A stretch of 64,000 nt of DNA from Harriotta raleighana (GCA_050575255.1 JBNZDD010013683.1:3600929-3664928); one strand, 5' to 3'. Counted from the stretch's first letter, positions 23,536 to 37,548 are shown. The notes: generated from the letters alone by a model not told the origin. Translations and numbers: made by a program.

Positions 23536-26517
23536 CATAATTGGTTTAATGGGTTAGACTGAAAGTAATTCATGTTTGTATGCAATTGCAGTTATGCAGT
23601 TTGCATGAAAAACAGATGTTTGTAATGAGCAAAGATAACATTTCTTATATTCTGTATGTTGTAGCCTTATTTCTAACACTAGGAACAAATCAGGTTAGTG
23701 TACATCTATAACATTGTTAAGCATAATTCAAGATTTATGAAGCTTCCAATCCCCTGAGAGACTGCATGAATTTTGCATTAGGTCTCAAACCAGGGAACAG
23801 GTAAAGAACAGTGCTGCCAAATGATTATGCATTAGGTAGTCAAATATTCATGGTATGGCACGGATCCTCCTAGTCTGTGGAGGTGTAATAACTCTGGATC
23901 CCCATCATTGTAGAAACTATAGTATTATGGCAGTGTATTGGATGGAGATGTTTTCGGAAAAACAGGGAACAATTCACTAGTTCAAGAAGTATAGTCCATC
24001 ACATCTGTGGTGATGGTTCCTGTGAATGCGCAAATTATAATAATCCTTACACCTGGCATAACTGTCTTTTGCAATCTGGAGGACATCTTAAAAATGTTTT
24101 ACAGGATATATACTGTTAAGTGCAGTGACTGTGTGTGTTGTGTGGGCGAATGCCCATTCCATTCCTCTGGTTCGTAAATCTATCCTCTTAAAAAAAACAA
24201 TAAGCAAACATCAAATCATGCCAATGCCTCTGTCCTACTTCAGCTTTCTTTAAATAACACTTTCCTTTCTTATTTTGCCAAACCACATTTGCTTAAAATT
24301 CTACTTCTCTCTAAACCAAACGAAAGCCTGAGCCTTGCTGCCCAGGTGATTATTTTGCTACAAATTGACCCACTGTTCTATCGTCCATTCAAAACAAATA
24401 ATTTATTTAAAATTCTGTCCTTTTTATTACCACTGGATGTGGCGCGGATTAGATGCCTGCAATCGAGGCACTCGGAAGGTAGTCAGACTGACTTACGCAG
24501 GGTTATATTTCCCAATGGAACACTATTCCCCTCATATTGTCTCGTATGAAAAAATTACTACTGTATAAACAGGACTCGTAGTATGAGATGGAGGTATCTT
24601 ATTTGCAGCAATTTATGACACAAAATGCTGCTGGCTGTCTTGTATTACATTATATACGCTGCAATTCCCATAACAAATAGTTCTTTTAATTAGTTGGAAA
24701 GATACACAAAGGGAATTTTACAGCACATTCTATATACCTTTCGTGATCAAACAAATCCTGCTGCCGATCCGCACCTTCCCCAACCCCCACCTTACACGAC
24801 AGAACTGAGAGTTTTGACAATATCTTCATTGCAGCTGCAGGCTCGCATCAGAACAAATTACATGTCCTACGACTGGTATTCACCGAGGGTACAGCGTTCA
24901 TGCAAAATCCGCCTCAAATCTTCCCAATAGGTTTGCTGCCGGGGCAAAGCCACCCACTCTCCGCCTGGCATAATGGTGTATGGTGAAGTGGCCAAGTGAC
25001 TGTTTTTGAACCAATATGGTTAAGAAAAGAGGACATGCAATGCATCCAATTGGTAGGCGTGGGCCAGGTTTCAAGATCAGTAGATACCGTTGCCATCTCT
25101 GATTGTTGAACGTGTGGATCAAGTCTTGCATCAGTGATAAAAAGGCTGTATAATAATCCTTGCATTTGATTTAGCACTTTTTTCACGTCTTCAAGACGAC
25201 TTAAAAGTGCTTCACAGAATTNTAATTGGTAGGCGTGGGCCAGGTTTCAAGCTCAGTAGATACCGTTGCCATCTCTGATTGTTGAACGTGTGGATCAAGG
25301 CTGTATAATAATCCTCGCATTTGATGTAGCACTTTTTTCACGTCTTCAAGACGACTTAAAAGTGCTTCACAGAATTTACCGTAAATTGAACTGACTGTAT
25401 GTTTGGGGATGAAACCCATTATGAGGAAGACGCATTGCTAGTTAGACCCCAGCTCAGAAAAGTTACCATTGTTGGCACTGACAACAACTTGAGATGAGTC
25501 ACTGATTTCAAAGAACTCTCACTGATATCATTGTTGCACCCGTTTAGCTGTTCCCATCTGCAAAAACAACTGTGGCTGGTGCTCATGATTATTTTCTAGA
25601 CCAGTCATTATGCTTACCCAGAATTAGAGAAACATTTAAATGATGTCTTCATTTGTAGTGGTCTTGAAACCCGCTAAAAATTATTTCAGCTTTGATTTTA
25701 GTGGCAAGCCATTGCAGATAAAGTATGTCGTGTGAAAGCTCAGAGGAAGTGGAACACAAACTGCTCCGGGATGTTAGCGCCCAAATAACCCGTAAACGAC
25801 TGGGGCTCGGAACTACAGACTTAGCTGAGAAGATAACAAGTACTGAGAGATTGTGGTGTTAAAGTCAATTACAGGAGGGTAAGTAGCCCAGAGTTCGACT
25901 CATCTAAAGTTGGAAATGAATGTCTGGCTCCTTAAGACTTCTACAAGAAAGTCTCAATTCAGCTGGAGACCGTCCAAATCCTCTGTCCTTATGGAAATGG
26001 TTCTAACACATCTCCAGGCAAAACATTGCACCTAATGTTACAACATTTCAAGTTTGATATAAATCGGCCTTGTTTTCTCTAACTCGGTTAAAAGCCCGCA
26101 AACAGCAGGGATCAGCAGAACGCATCAAAGCAGTTTGGCTCCACTCTTGCCCGCAAGGTGAAATAACAATAAAAAAGGGGCGGGGGGGGGGGGCCAAGCA
26201 CGATGTGGGGGTTTGTGCATGGGCAGCTCCACTTGTGATTTATTGAACCCGATCGGAAAAAGTTAAAAGGAAGGGGAAAAAAAAAATTCACTGGTGTTTG
26301 CCTTCAAGGGACACACAAGTTGAATTTTACTCCTTGTGAACTGGCGTTTTGACCACGGCAGGCACACCTTCACCTAACCATTTAAATGATATAAAATAAC
26401 AGGAACGATAAAAACAAAAACAAATGCGCAACATGAATTAGTTAGAAGACAGTTTCCTTGTGACCTGCCTGGTTCCATGCGCAATTAATCTTGGCTCCCA
26501 GAAGAACATGTGTAAGT

Positions 26518-26915
26518 CTAGCTCAGCAGTATTATTCTCGCCTCTGAAGTCAAAAGATTGCGGATTCAAATCCTACAAAAGGACATGAACTCACATAGTC
26601 AAAATTTGATTCTCGAATACAGTGATGGGTGGGGGGATGGATTGCATTGTGTAAGTTGCTTTCCTTCGGATGAGCTTCTTTCTGGCTGTTCAGGCAGAAG
26701 TTAAAGATCCCATGGCACCTTACGAAAAGAGAAGGGAATTTCTCCCGGTGTCATGGCCAACAATCCCACCAAATTAAATTAGGCAGAACTGTGCACAAAA
26801 TCAGCTGCCAAAGTTGCCTACAAATACACAGTACTACACTTCACAGGAAATTCTATGAAGCGCTCTGTGACTTCCTCCCAATACATAGCATTATTATACT
26901 GTAAATGTTATTATT
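26518..26915 (+). mobile_element. Older DeuSINE-like element (family B)
   Basis: tagctcag...ggattcaaatcc head, then ctgttcaggcagaagttaaagatcccatggcac...gggaatttctcccggtgtcatggccaaca. Confidence 0.72.
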
Positions 26916-28080
26916 TTAAGAAAGATCCAGTCTACACAATTCTAAACTGGCAAAGCCATTTTGTCTTAAAAATTTGAATTTGAGCATAGTTGAGGAAAAT
27001 TCTTCTTTTTTTAAAAAATCACTGTCATTTTGGAAAGCCTTTTTCCACAAAAATCTGGTTTCCAAATCAAGATTCAGCCTGCATTGGATTATAACCTAAG
27101 TCTCTGCAGTTCAAAGGCCTTTTATATAAAACATATAGCTCAATAATTTTTTACTATTGTGGCCTGATACAGACACAATCTGCACACACAGTAGAATTTC
27201 CACTCGGGGGTTACATTTCTGTAGGTTTGCTAAATCTGTTTTTCTAGTAAACTGTGACTTGGGAGACCTTTATTTTGTCCACTGACAATAATCCGGGGCC
27301 AATTGTGAGCAGAATGCATGTCTCATTAAAGTCCAGATTCGGTGTGCTGAGAGCATGGGCTTCAAACTGGGATTGGGTGGGGGGGGGGGGGAGGGGGAAG
27401 TAAAACTTTGGGCTTTAAAAATAACAGCCTGGTCAGGAAAGGAGAGAGTGTGACATTTGTTCTAAAAATAACTCAGCAAAAGTATTAAGGAGGCAAATGC
27501 TTATTTACTGTAGGAAGGTCTTCCAATGTCAAGGTTTTTTTTTTGCATCAATTGATCAGCAGGCATGCTCTAACCCAAACATCTATTGTATATTATTTGC
27601 ATCCCTCGAGGATGTTGGTGCACTTGAGATCCAAACATCAGTTTCCAAGAGATGGTTCTCCATGGCTTTCCATCCACCTGGAAAACAGCCGCTGACCCCA
27701 AACTGTTTTAAATCTTGTGAAACGAAGAGACTGAAAAAAACCCCCCTGGCAATCAGGCTGTAGGTAAAATCGCTTTGAAGCTCCTTTAAAAGTCCCTCCG
27801 AGTTTCATTATTTTCTCCTGCAGGAAGCGTGCCCGACTTTTTTTTTGCTTTTCTCTGGTTACTTTGCACTGAATCAAACGCACACACACACACAAACATG
27901 CACACACACATACACACACACACACAGAGCTGGGTGTGCTGGAAGGCAACGGCAGTTATTGTTTATAAATAGCGCAAAATAACTTCATGCCAATAACAGC
28001 TTTTCTTTTTTTGGGGGGGTTGTTGCTTAATTGCTTACCAATGCAGGTCTCTCCGGTGAATGAATAGTTACCGTTGTCGN

Positions 28081-28131
28081 CACACACACACACACACACA
28101 AACATGCACACACACATACACACACACACAC
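28081..28131. repeat. (CA)n microsatellite (also at 27881-27925)
   Basis: Direct reading. Confidence 0.9.
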
Positions 28132-28244
28132 AGAGCTGGGTGTGCTGGAAGGCAACGGCAGTTATTGTTTATAAATAGCGCAAAATAACTTCATGCCAAT
28201 AACAGCTTTTCTTTTTTTGGGGGGGTTGTTGCTTAATTGCTTAC

Positions 28245-28385
28245 CAATGCAGGTCTCTCCGGTGAATGAATAGTTACCGTTGTCGTGGTAACCAGCCCTG
28301 CACTCGCAGTGGTACCAGCCTGGTAAATTGACACAGCGGGCGTGATTGTGGCACTGGATGATGCCTTCGGCGCACTCATCAACAT
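28245..28385 (-). CDS. NELL1: NELL1 exon (calcium-binding EGF), 141 bp, phase 1-1
   Basis: Acceptor gagacAG|ATGTTG and donor ATTG|GTAAG. Translates [47 protein letters not shown]; EGIIxCHNH is NELL1-type rather than NELL2-type. Confidence 0.95.
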
Positions 28386-30251
28386 CTGTCTCGCAGAGAG
28401 AAAGAAAAACACACACGAGACATAAAAGGGAGGGAGTCACGTTAATTTCAGATTCCGCAAAAGCTGACGTTCCTTATGATTCTTTCCCCCACCCCCCCCC
28501 CCCTCCCCTTACTAAGTAGCAGCATAGAGAAACAACGCATTTATTAGGATTTCAAGCCAAATGTATGTGATGAGGATTCTACAAACAAAGCATCTACCAT
28601 TAGCTTATGATTTATGCTGTAATGACAGGACTGCCTTAGCGGTCTATCAGTCAAAAACTATTTTAAAGTGCTAATGGCCTATAAAAAAAAAACTCCTTGC
28701 GACATTCAACCTCCCAGTTCCCATTTCTGATTCCAATGCCTTTTGCCTTATTACCAGCTGAATTCTTGCTGTAGGGCTTTCGCTCTTTATCATTCAATCC
28801 TTCTCCCCACCCATCCCCCCCACCCCTCCCAACCTTGTCTCACCTCCATTGAATTCACTCTCTCTTCTACACAAATGCATAACAAATATTAAGCTACTGG
28901 ATGGAGTCAGACTCCTGAGCTGACCCAATCCCCTTGCTTGAATCCGTGACGCTTCCTCTGCAATAAAAGTGGAGGCAGTGGTTACCTATATCACCAGCAA
29001 GGATCAAACTTTCTCCCACACTGAAAAACTGTGAATTATCACAGTTTTCAACAAAAAATACAAAAATCATCAAGAATCAGTTCCCGAGCTACCAATACAG
29101 GATTTAAGATTTAATTATTGTACATTTAAAGGGGCAGAATCAAACTTGATTACCTGAACACAAGTTGCTAAAACTCACAAGTTTTAAGCTTTGATCAGAT
29201 GTAACATTGTAACTCACGGTGCAAAAATCGAAAGAGCTAGATTTTATTTTGTTGGTTAGAGGAAATGTGGATGATTCATTGTCGCAAAGCTCCAGGACTC
29301 GAAAAAAAGCTCAGATCCAATTTACACTGGCAAGCCCGAGACTACAGTTATACAAACTCAAGAGTCACACGGAGAACACAAAATAGGCATCGACATAGTC
29401 AAAACTTCTTTGAAATTCATCCTCCAGCATTAAGGGCGAGCCTAGGACCACAGATTGAATGTTCAAAGCTTGTCAAACATGACCATTCTTTAAGACAGGG
29501 CAAAAATTAGGGTTTAAACAGCTCACTCCTAGGTTAAAGTGAGATTTCACTGGAGAAAAAATAAATCACAGTTAATTAAAAATGTGGAACAAGGGCAGTT
29601 TTTCCACCACTGACACCATTGATCACTTCTATCGGGATTTAGGGTCAACATTCTGAGAAAGGAAAGGGGAAAAGCATCATTTTTCTTCAATAAAATCCAA
29701 ATGAAAGACTTTTAACCTGACAGATAAACACTAACAGCCTTGATTATTCCATTAAAAGCAGCTGAACAAAGAGATGCTTATGTCATTACACTAATGAAAG
29801 GGAAGCAGATGTTAACAAACTATTGTAACAAGGAACATGCTGGCTGTTTCGCAGCAGGAGCAAGCGTACAGGAACCAACAAGAAATCTACATTTCAATTA
29901 GCACAATAATGACAAAATTACCAACAGGATTTAGTATCTGCAATGGACGCAAATTATATTATTAACAAATCTGATCACCATAATTAATTGTGCTCTAATA
30001 AACTGGATTTAAAAAAGAACTGAAAAAAAGTTTGTCNGATTTAGTATCTGCAATGGACGCAAATTATATTATTAACAAATCTGATCACCATAATTCATTG
30101 TGCTCTAATAAACTGGATTTAAAAAAGAACTGAAAAAAAGTTTGTCCTGAAATAAAATAGCCCAGGGATTGGATGTTTTCTAAACTTCAAGATGAAAGAA
30201 CATGACTGGAGGAAAGGAAGGCATATCCAGTTCTTTACTAGGTTTATTGTA

Positions 30252-30760
30252 GAGTCCTGTAGCTCAGTGGTTAGAGCACCAGTCTTACGACCTGTGTTTC
30301 GAATCCAGGCAGGTCAGGGCGAAACCTTGGGCAAGTTTCTTTCCTCCACACACCTAATAATCCGTCTCTTGAAAAAACCTATAACAAATTGGTCATTTCA
30401 ATCCACGAATGTTTATGAGACACTGCTGTGTGCATTTAGCTGCTGCGTTTCGCCCACAAATATATACAGTCGATTCACTTTACAGTATATTCTGTGAAGC
30501 GCTTTGAGNAAGCGTGAGACCTGTGTTTCGAATGCAGGTCAGGGCGAAACCTTGGGCAAGTTTCTTTCCTCCACACACCTAATAATCCGTCTCTTGAAAA
30601 AACCTATAACAAATTGGTCATTTCAATCCACGAATGTTTATGAGACACTGCTGTGTGCATTTAGCTGCTGCGTTTCGCCCACAAATATATACAGTCGATT
30701 CACTTTACAGTATATTCTGTGAAGCGCTTTGAGATGTCTAGAAGATGTGAAAAGTGCTAT
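30252..30760 (+). mobile_element. Family A SINE, shown twice around the single N at 30509
   Basis: Head agtcctgtagctcagtggttagagcac. Body repeated at about 30290-30508 and 30510-30733. Confidence 0.85.
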
Positions 30761-30875
30761 AATAATAATAATCCTTGCATTTGACACAGCTCTTTTCACA
30801 TCTTATCAACGTCTCAAAGCACTTCATGGAATATACTGTAAAGTGAATTGACTATATATTTGTGGGCGAAATGCA
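30761..30875 (-). mobile_element. 5'-truncated family A SINE inserted in reverse into the tail of the preceding SINE
   Basis: (aat)n ccttgcatttga...tgtgggcgaaatgca. The host tail resumes as atatcaaatgcaaggat at 30878-30894. Confidence 0.8.
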
Positions 30876-31099
30876 AAATATCAAATGCAAGGATGCGTTT
30901 TATTGTGGGGAAATTTTTGACAATAATACTGGAGGAATATACAATAACTAAGGCTGCAGATATAGCACAGCATGTTAGCACAGTCGCAGTAAATAGAACG
31001 ATGTGAATTTTACTTGAGAGAAACTGCAGGTATGGTAACCACATGCAGGTAAGAGGCTGAGCTATGTGAATGCAGGTGCCAGCCTCTCACAAGGTTAAT

Positions 31100-31255
31100 C
31101 ACAGAATCATAGAATTTTACTGCACAAAAGGAGGCCATTCGGCCCATCTAGTCTGTGCCAGCTCTAAAAAAAAGAGCAACTCAATCCCACTGCCCAGCTT
31201 TCGCTCGTAACCTAACAGACCCATTCTCCCTAAATAAAGATCTAAATCTCTTTTA
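31100..31255 (-). mobile_element. CR1 extreme 3' terminus
   Basis: cacagaatcatagaat...aggaggccattcggcccatc..gtctgtgccagctc, the typical reversed CR1 terminus. Confidence 0.7.
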
Positions 31256-33759
31256 TTCTCTCTAATGTAGAAAATGTACGGGTCACTGGAAAAATCACCC
31301 TTCTAACGTTTTTTTCTGCAGTGAAAATAACTCCAGCCCTAAAAAATAACCCAACCGATTCACTAACAATGTCCACATGAACACTGCGAGAAAGTTACTT
31401 AAGCTCAATAGTAACCTTTACTTCCAATTGAACCAGCAGAGTGCAGCTCTGAAACCATGTTGCGCACACTCTTATTTATGAGCGAGTCTTAAACCTAAAT
31501 GTAAGTGATAAGGTGAAGCTGGGCGGCTTTTCAAAATCCCACTTTCTTAGGTTTCATTTCTATGGTATTATGAAAACCGTGTGATTTTCTGCAAACTTTC
31601 AAACAGCAAGACGCAAAAAACCACTTAGAAATGGGTTGTAAATCTGCAACAATAAAATAGTGCATTTTAAAAAGAATTGAGGGGTAATAAAGAAAACTGA
31701 AAAGACTTGATGGTTTGGTGGGATGGAGAGAGAGAGAGCTGGCCTGCTGTTCTTCAGGCAATTCAAGCCTAGATTGATGGAATGAAAATCTCTCTCTCCA
31801 CTGGCTAAAAGGGTCTATTGTGAAATGAATTCCCCCAGGGAAAATAGAAAACTGTGGGCGAAACAGCCTTGGTTATGAGAGCTGATCACAGAGTACTCTT
31901 GATACAGGCTTTGAAGCTGGCTACACTCAAAACAATCCCGATGTCTTCTCAATAAAATTTCATGCATTCTTTTCACCCTTTCTAAAAAAAGTCATACAGC
32001 CTCATTTCACCCACATATATACAGTCAATTCACTTTGCAGTATATTCTGTGAAGCGCTTTGAAACGTCTATATAAAGGACATGAAAAGCACTATATCAAA
32101 TGCAACGATTATTATAGTATTATTATTGTTATTATTATCTAAACCACCCAACCCAGTAATCTGTTCTTCAATCCCTCTGCTTGCCCCTCTCCCCACTTTT
32201 ATCAAGTCCTGCCTGAAAATCTTTCTTTTCGACCAGTCATCTCCTCTCCCACAACAGCTTGGCTTTTATGGCCCAAATGCTCAACCACCTTTAAAGCACT
32301 CTGAAATATTACCCTGCTTGGAGGGCATTATCCAAGTGGAAGTTGGTCTCTGTGTAAAGAAATACCTGCTTTCTGTCTTAGAGTTTATTTCCCTTTGTCC
32401 TTCGCTTGAAGTATATTATTTTTGTTGTTGCCATATCGGATCTCCACAATCCATGCATCTCTCTCACAACAAAAAAAAACATATCATAATGGAATTATAT
32501 TATATCGGTGTATTCTCAGGTCGAGGTTAAGAATATGTTGATGGGAAAAATATACAGGGTGTTTTGCCCAGGATGCATTACAGACCTTGAAGAAATCCAT
32601 CCTCCACATAGTTTATTTTGAGTGAAAAATGAAAAACCATTTCATTTCCCAGCACTGTCATCCTTCACCCTAATGAGGACATACACTCCAAAATAGAAAC
32701 TTCTAGTTACTGAATAAAATTACAATTACTATGAACTTCTGAAATGTCAGGGAGGTCAATAATCTTGGAAAATGAGAAGAAAAAAAATCTCATCTCATTT
32801 GTTATGAATTAAACGTGATACAGTTCTTTTGTAGCAAATCCATCTTTTATAGGGCAAGGTATAAAATGCAGATATTGCTAGGTAACACACATGCTCAATG
32901 ATGCTTCATCTTCAAATCATTACAAGTACATAAACCAATTTAATAAAAAACTGTCTCTTTACACGTCTATGTAACAGACAAAATGTTTTCGCGTCAGATC
33001 CAAAGGGCTGCTCTCTGTTTGGATAAGCAGTTTTCAAACAGAGAAACTTTTTTTTTAATACAAATGAATGTGAAAATATATCAACACTAGCATTACTTTT
33101 ATAGCTCAGATTATGTGGGTGACAGTTTAGTTCAGAAGATTAAGACTCCAAAGGTATCTTAATGAGGAATCCGATAGATCTGTAATGGACGTCCAGGTTC
33201 CCATTCACTCTCTCAAAGCACAAAGAATTTGGATAATCATTTGAATTGGAATTTTACAGCTTCATGTTAAAAAATAAACAGACTCTTGCCTCTGATCTAT
33301 ATTTTTCTTCTCCAGAACAAGCTGTGATCCAGACTTGAAGTGACACTGCAACTATCACTTTGTGCGCCCAACACACAGTTGATTTCTGCACATTCCTTAG
33401 TCTGCAGCAGAAAGGCAAGAAAATAAAAGCTCATTTCAAATTCAATTCCTCATTTTGCCACAATAATAAATATGAAGAACTTGTTGGAAGAGAAATAGAC
33501 GTGCACCCTTGAATTCTAATATGGAAAACCGCAGCCAAACTGCAGAAATTGGGTAGGGCCGTTTCTGAGAAAATTCATCTGTTACTGTATAAAGCAAAAG
33601 TAGAAAATGGAACAACAAAGTGAATCTAGAGTCAGAGATTAAGCAACTTTGCTAGAAAGCAAGCAACATCGCTCCTCATGAAATGAAAAGTAGGAAATTT
33701 AAGAATCAAATCTCTAGATCCCAGACACACCTTTCCTCTCTGTGGTCTGCCTGTTCTGT

Positions 33760-34068
33760 TGCATTCGCCCCACCCCACTCATCCCACCATCTTGATTTGC
33801 ATTATTAACACTTCTTTTTCCCTGTTTTGTCGCAAACCCCCCTTTTGTTGCACCATTACCACCTATTCAACCCATCATCCTCTCCTTTACCCTATTTTCT
33901 CCTTTGTCTTCCTTGCCCTGCCTTCTCCCTCTCTGTTAGTCCTTAAAAGTCTCTCCCTCCCAACATGCCTCAGTTCTGTCGAAGGACCTGAAACGTTGAC
34001 TCACTTTCCTTTCTCCAATAAATACAGCCTAACCTGCTGAGTGTTTCCAGCGACTTCGGTTTTTGCTT
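33760..34068 (+). mobile_element. Penelope-like terminal fragment with a degenerate hammerhead motif
   Basis: Pyrimidine-rich tract followed by cagttctgtcgaaggacctgaaacgttgactcactttcctttctcca, near-identical to 462-515 except for a core mutation and a shortened stem II. Confidence 0.55.
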
Positions 34069-34127
34069 CGGAATAAAATTCAAACCCTATTCTTCATTTA
34101 CTGAAAAGCGTGAGCCTTCTCTGAAAG

Positions 34128-34452
34128 AATAATCATAATAATCCTTGCATTTGATATAGAGCATTTTCACGTCTTCTCGACATCTCAAAGCGCTTCACAG
34201 AATGTAAAGTGAATTGACTGTATATTTATTGGCGAATTGCGGAAGCCAATTGCACACAGCAAGTCCCACAAACAGTCGTGGATTGAAGTAACACATTTAA
34301 AAAAAAACTTTCAAGGGATTATTATCAGACATGTGGAGTAAGGAAATTTACTCAAAGTCCAAAGTTTCGCCCTGCTTGGAATTTTACCTGGAATTGAACT
34401 CAGGTCTCTCGGTTGGAAGGTGAGTGCTCTAATCACTGAGCTACAGGACTCC
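34128..34452 (-). mobile_element. Family A SINE, full length
   Basis: Reverse complement of the 52-357 element, from the tail to ...cactgagctacaggact. Confidence 0.88.
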
Positions 34453-34510
34453 AGGACTTGAGTTGGAGCAACAGCCAAATATTGAAGATCTGCAATCTAA
34501 GGCACATTGA

Positions 34511-34731
34511 GGGAGAAATTCCACCAGGGCCTAGATTTACTCAACCTTCTTAGTTCAACATTTCAGAGAATCCAGTATTAGGCACTTTGTTGCAATCAGG
34601 CTTAACATGAACTGTTTTCTTCAAAGAGTTAGTGAAAAATGGGTTCACGATTAAGATTGAATTCAAAATTCTGCCTAATTGGGCATGCTTTGAAAATAGT
34701 GTCAAACTGCACTCCCGGTGGAATTTCTGCC
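34511..34731. mobile_element. Candidate MITE (PIF/Harbinger-like)
   Basis: 15-bp terminal inverted repeats with one mismatch, gggagaaattccacc and ggtggaatttctgcc, flanked by tga and taa. Confidence 0.5.
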
Positions 34732-37548
34732 TAAATGATGACTTCACATTGGCTGTCAAGTGAAACTTAGCAATTTACATCAGATCACCTCGGTCCTGAG
34801 AATTGTTTATTTTATCATGAATTGAAAAATTACACTCATCAATCTAAGTATGTGCAAACTATTGACTAAGATATTAACTTCTCAATCACAGAAAAGGTCA
34901 GCTGGGTTGAACTATCTCAAGTGGAATTCTTACAGAGCCGATATGTTGCTGATGAAAGGAGAGAGATATTGAAAGACACTGAATCCTTTTGCCAATATTC
35001 CTGAGAACTGACAGGCCCCTCTCTAGCATTTTGCTTTTGCGGCTGAAAAATAGAAACTTCTCCCTCTACTAAACTGTTAAATCGGAATAAAAATGTCTAT
35101 CTATATAGCAGGGCAACACCCGCAGCCAAAAACAATATCAGAACTGGGCAGCTGTCTTGTCACCTAAATCTACTTCAGTCTGCGGCCAGTGAAATCGCCA
35201 GTTAAAGTGAAAATGGTGGTTCTGTCTAAAAATTTGTGAAACGGCTGTTTCCTCTTGTTATTTTTCCTAAAATCAAGCACTGCTACAAACCATAGGGATG
35301 CTTTCAACATAGGTCTGATCACAGATTTAATTCAGTTTGCGATGGCATTTAAGAGTGAAACGTTAACTGTGTCCTCAGAGTTAAAGGTCTTCTTCTCTAT
35401 TAATACCAATCATAGAATTAGTCGAATTGGATGCTCTGATTAGAATTAGACATGCAGAATTTTTTGTATGCTAAACTAACTTCAACTGTACAAATTAAAG
35501 CTGTGCGTTATCTGTGCCCTGACTCATACAAAGCACAAGTTAAGCTGGTACTGCAGGAAAGATGCATCATATTTTCCAGTTCCTTCAAGCAAATCATGTG
35601 GCCCATGGAATAAAAGTTCCTGTTAAGTAATGCAATAAATTGTTGTACAGGCTGGACTTCATTTCAAGAGAGGGTTTCAGACACTTCATCCATCATTTGC
35701 AGTAAATTTAGAGTTCCCAGCAACAAATCACATTTTAAGAACTGTTAACTGAACCAGCCCAAAAATAGCAAGTGTATTGAAACTACAAGAATTGATAAGG
35801 ACTGAATGAGGGGCAAACTATTATTCACCATTGAACTCTTGTCATAAATACACACACTTTAATTCCAAAGATAAGGTTTATCACTGCACTGGTACAAGTG
35901 TGAGGCATCTAATAAAATATAAAAGCAACAAACAAGGTGCTAACTCTACAAAACTATTCCAATTCGCATAAAAAACTATATTTGCCTCCTTAATAATTTC
36001 TCCATCTAGGCTTCACAATTATAGCGTTAACGAAGGCTTTGAGAGCATTTGACAGAGTAAAGGGAGGTCTGCAACAATAAAGGGACTCAAACTGCAGATT
36101 TGTTTCCTTCCACAAAGGGACCCATTCACTCACAGCTACGTGCATTTTTATTAGCAGATTTAAGCTATACAATTGGACACAGCAGTAACAGTGCACATGA
36201 TACATTACCATAGAACAATTGTGATGCAACAAAAAGCAAAGTATCAAAGACACAGAGGTTCATCACAACATTATGCTGCCTCTCTGAACCACATGAATGT
36301 TTTGATTGTGAACAAAAGATTCAAGAACTTTTGAATTTTGAGGGATTTGAGAGAACATCTCCAGCTTTGTTTCACGAATTTCACACCAGAAGAAAAATAA
36401 TTGTGACACTATTTTGTCAATTTAAAAGAACCGATTTTCAATCAATCGTAGAATTGAATTCCTTGCCCTTCATTCTTCCTTCTCTGTCTGTTTTCTTGTC
36501 CTCGCCAGTCTTATTAAAGTGGTCTTTCAATCTGATCGTGCCAGTTCAGATGAACAGTCCAGCCTGAAATGTTTACCCATTTTTCAGATAGTGATTGACC
36601 AACTTTCCAATTTTTAATTCCCACTGTGGCTCATGGAATATTCCGCAAACTCTTTTGGAAGCTGCATTAATAAGACTGCCAGTAAGTAGCAAATGCACTT
36701 CGTTTAAGGAAAATAGTTGATTTTTAGAAATCAAACGTGTCGCATCTGCTCTGGATTCAAGCCATAAATCATCCATTTAAGTAGAATTTGCCAGCGGTTC
36801 ATCTTCCACAAACCACTGGTCCCAGCATGAATCATCTGTGTACACATCACAATAGAACTAAATATCACTTTGGCTTTAGCGCCACAAAATCTTCTCAATG
36901 TAGAAACCACAGCAGTCTTCATTTTCTTCACAGTAGTCCTTAAATGCGGAGAGTATATTTCTCTACCAATGTTAAGACTCTCACAGTACTCAAAGCAACA
37001 ATCTCCAGCAGGTAAGAGATTTAGGATAGAGCTGCTGTGGAGTGATATAACCAGGCCAGCTATTTTATTTTCTCTCCAGATCTTAATAGGGTCACTTTTT
37101 AAAAGAAAATTACTGATGAAATAATAATCCTCCACCTGAGTTTTCTGCTTTCACAATTCTTCGGAGAAGAAACTGGGATTATCAGCATCCAGTCAACGGA
37201 AAGGAAAATGAAATGCAGAGCCTGACAGCCCAAACTCAATCCGTGTCCATGTGCAATCTCAATTGGAGGTCACTTGTAAATGGATTTCTCTTTGCTCATT
37301 TGTTCTGCCTGCCGGCTTCTCTTTATTACTGGAGGTCAAAAAAGCAATGACCTCAAAGAGGATCATTTGAGAGATTCGACTACCTGGCTTCCCGTCATTC
37401 AATCTTTGTGTTCACTTAACTCGACCCAATCAATAAATCTAAAGAAAGTCCCTTTGGCTTCCTTCTGCTCCTTCTGACCACAGGTCTAGAAAATGGGTTC
37501 AGCAGTGTACATGGGAGAAAACGAATCTTTCAGATACAATCAATAGTG

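Noticed and set aside
28039-28079. Partial extra copy of the 141-bp NELL1 exon
   Set aside because: It ends at the single N (28080) and duplicates the adjacent contig end, so it is an assembly overlap with no acceptor.
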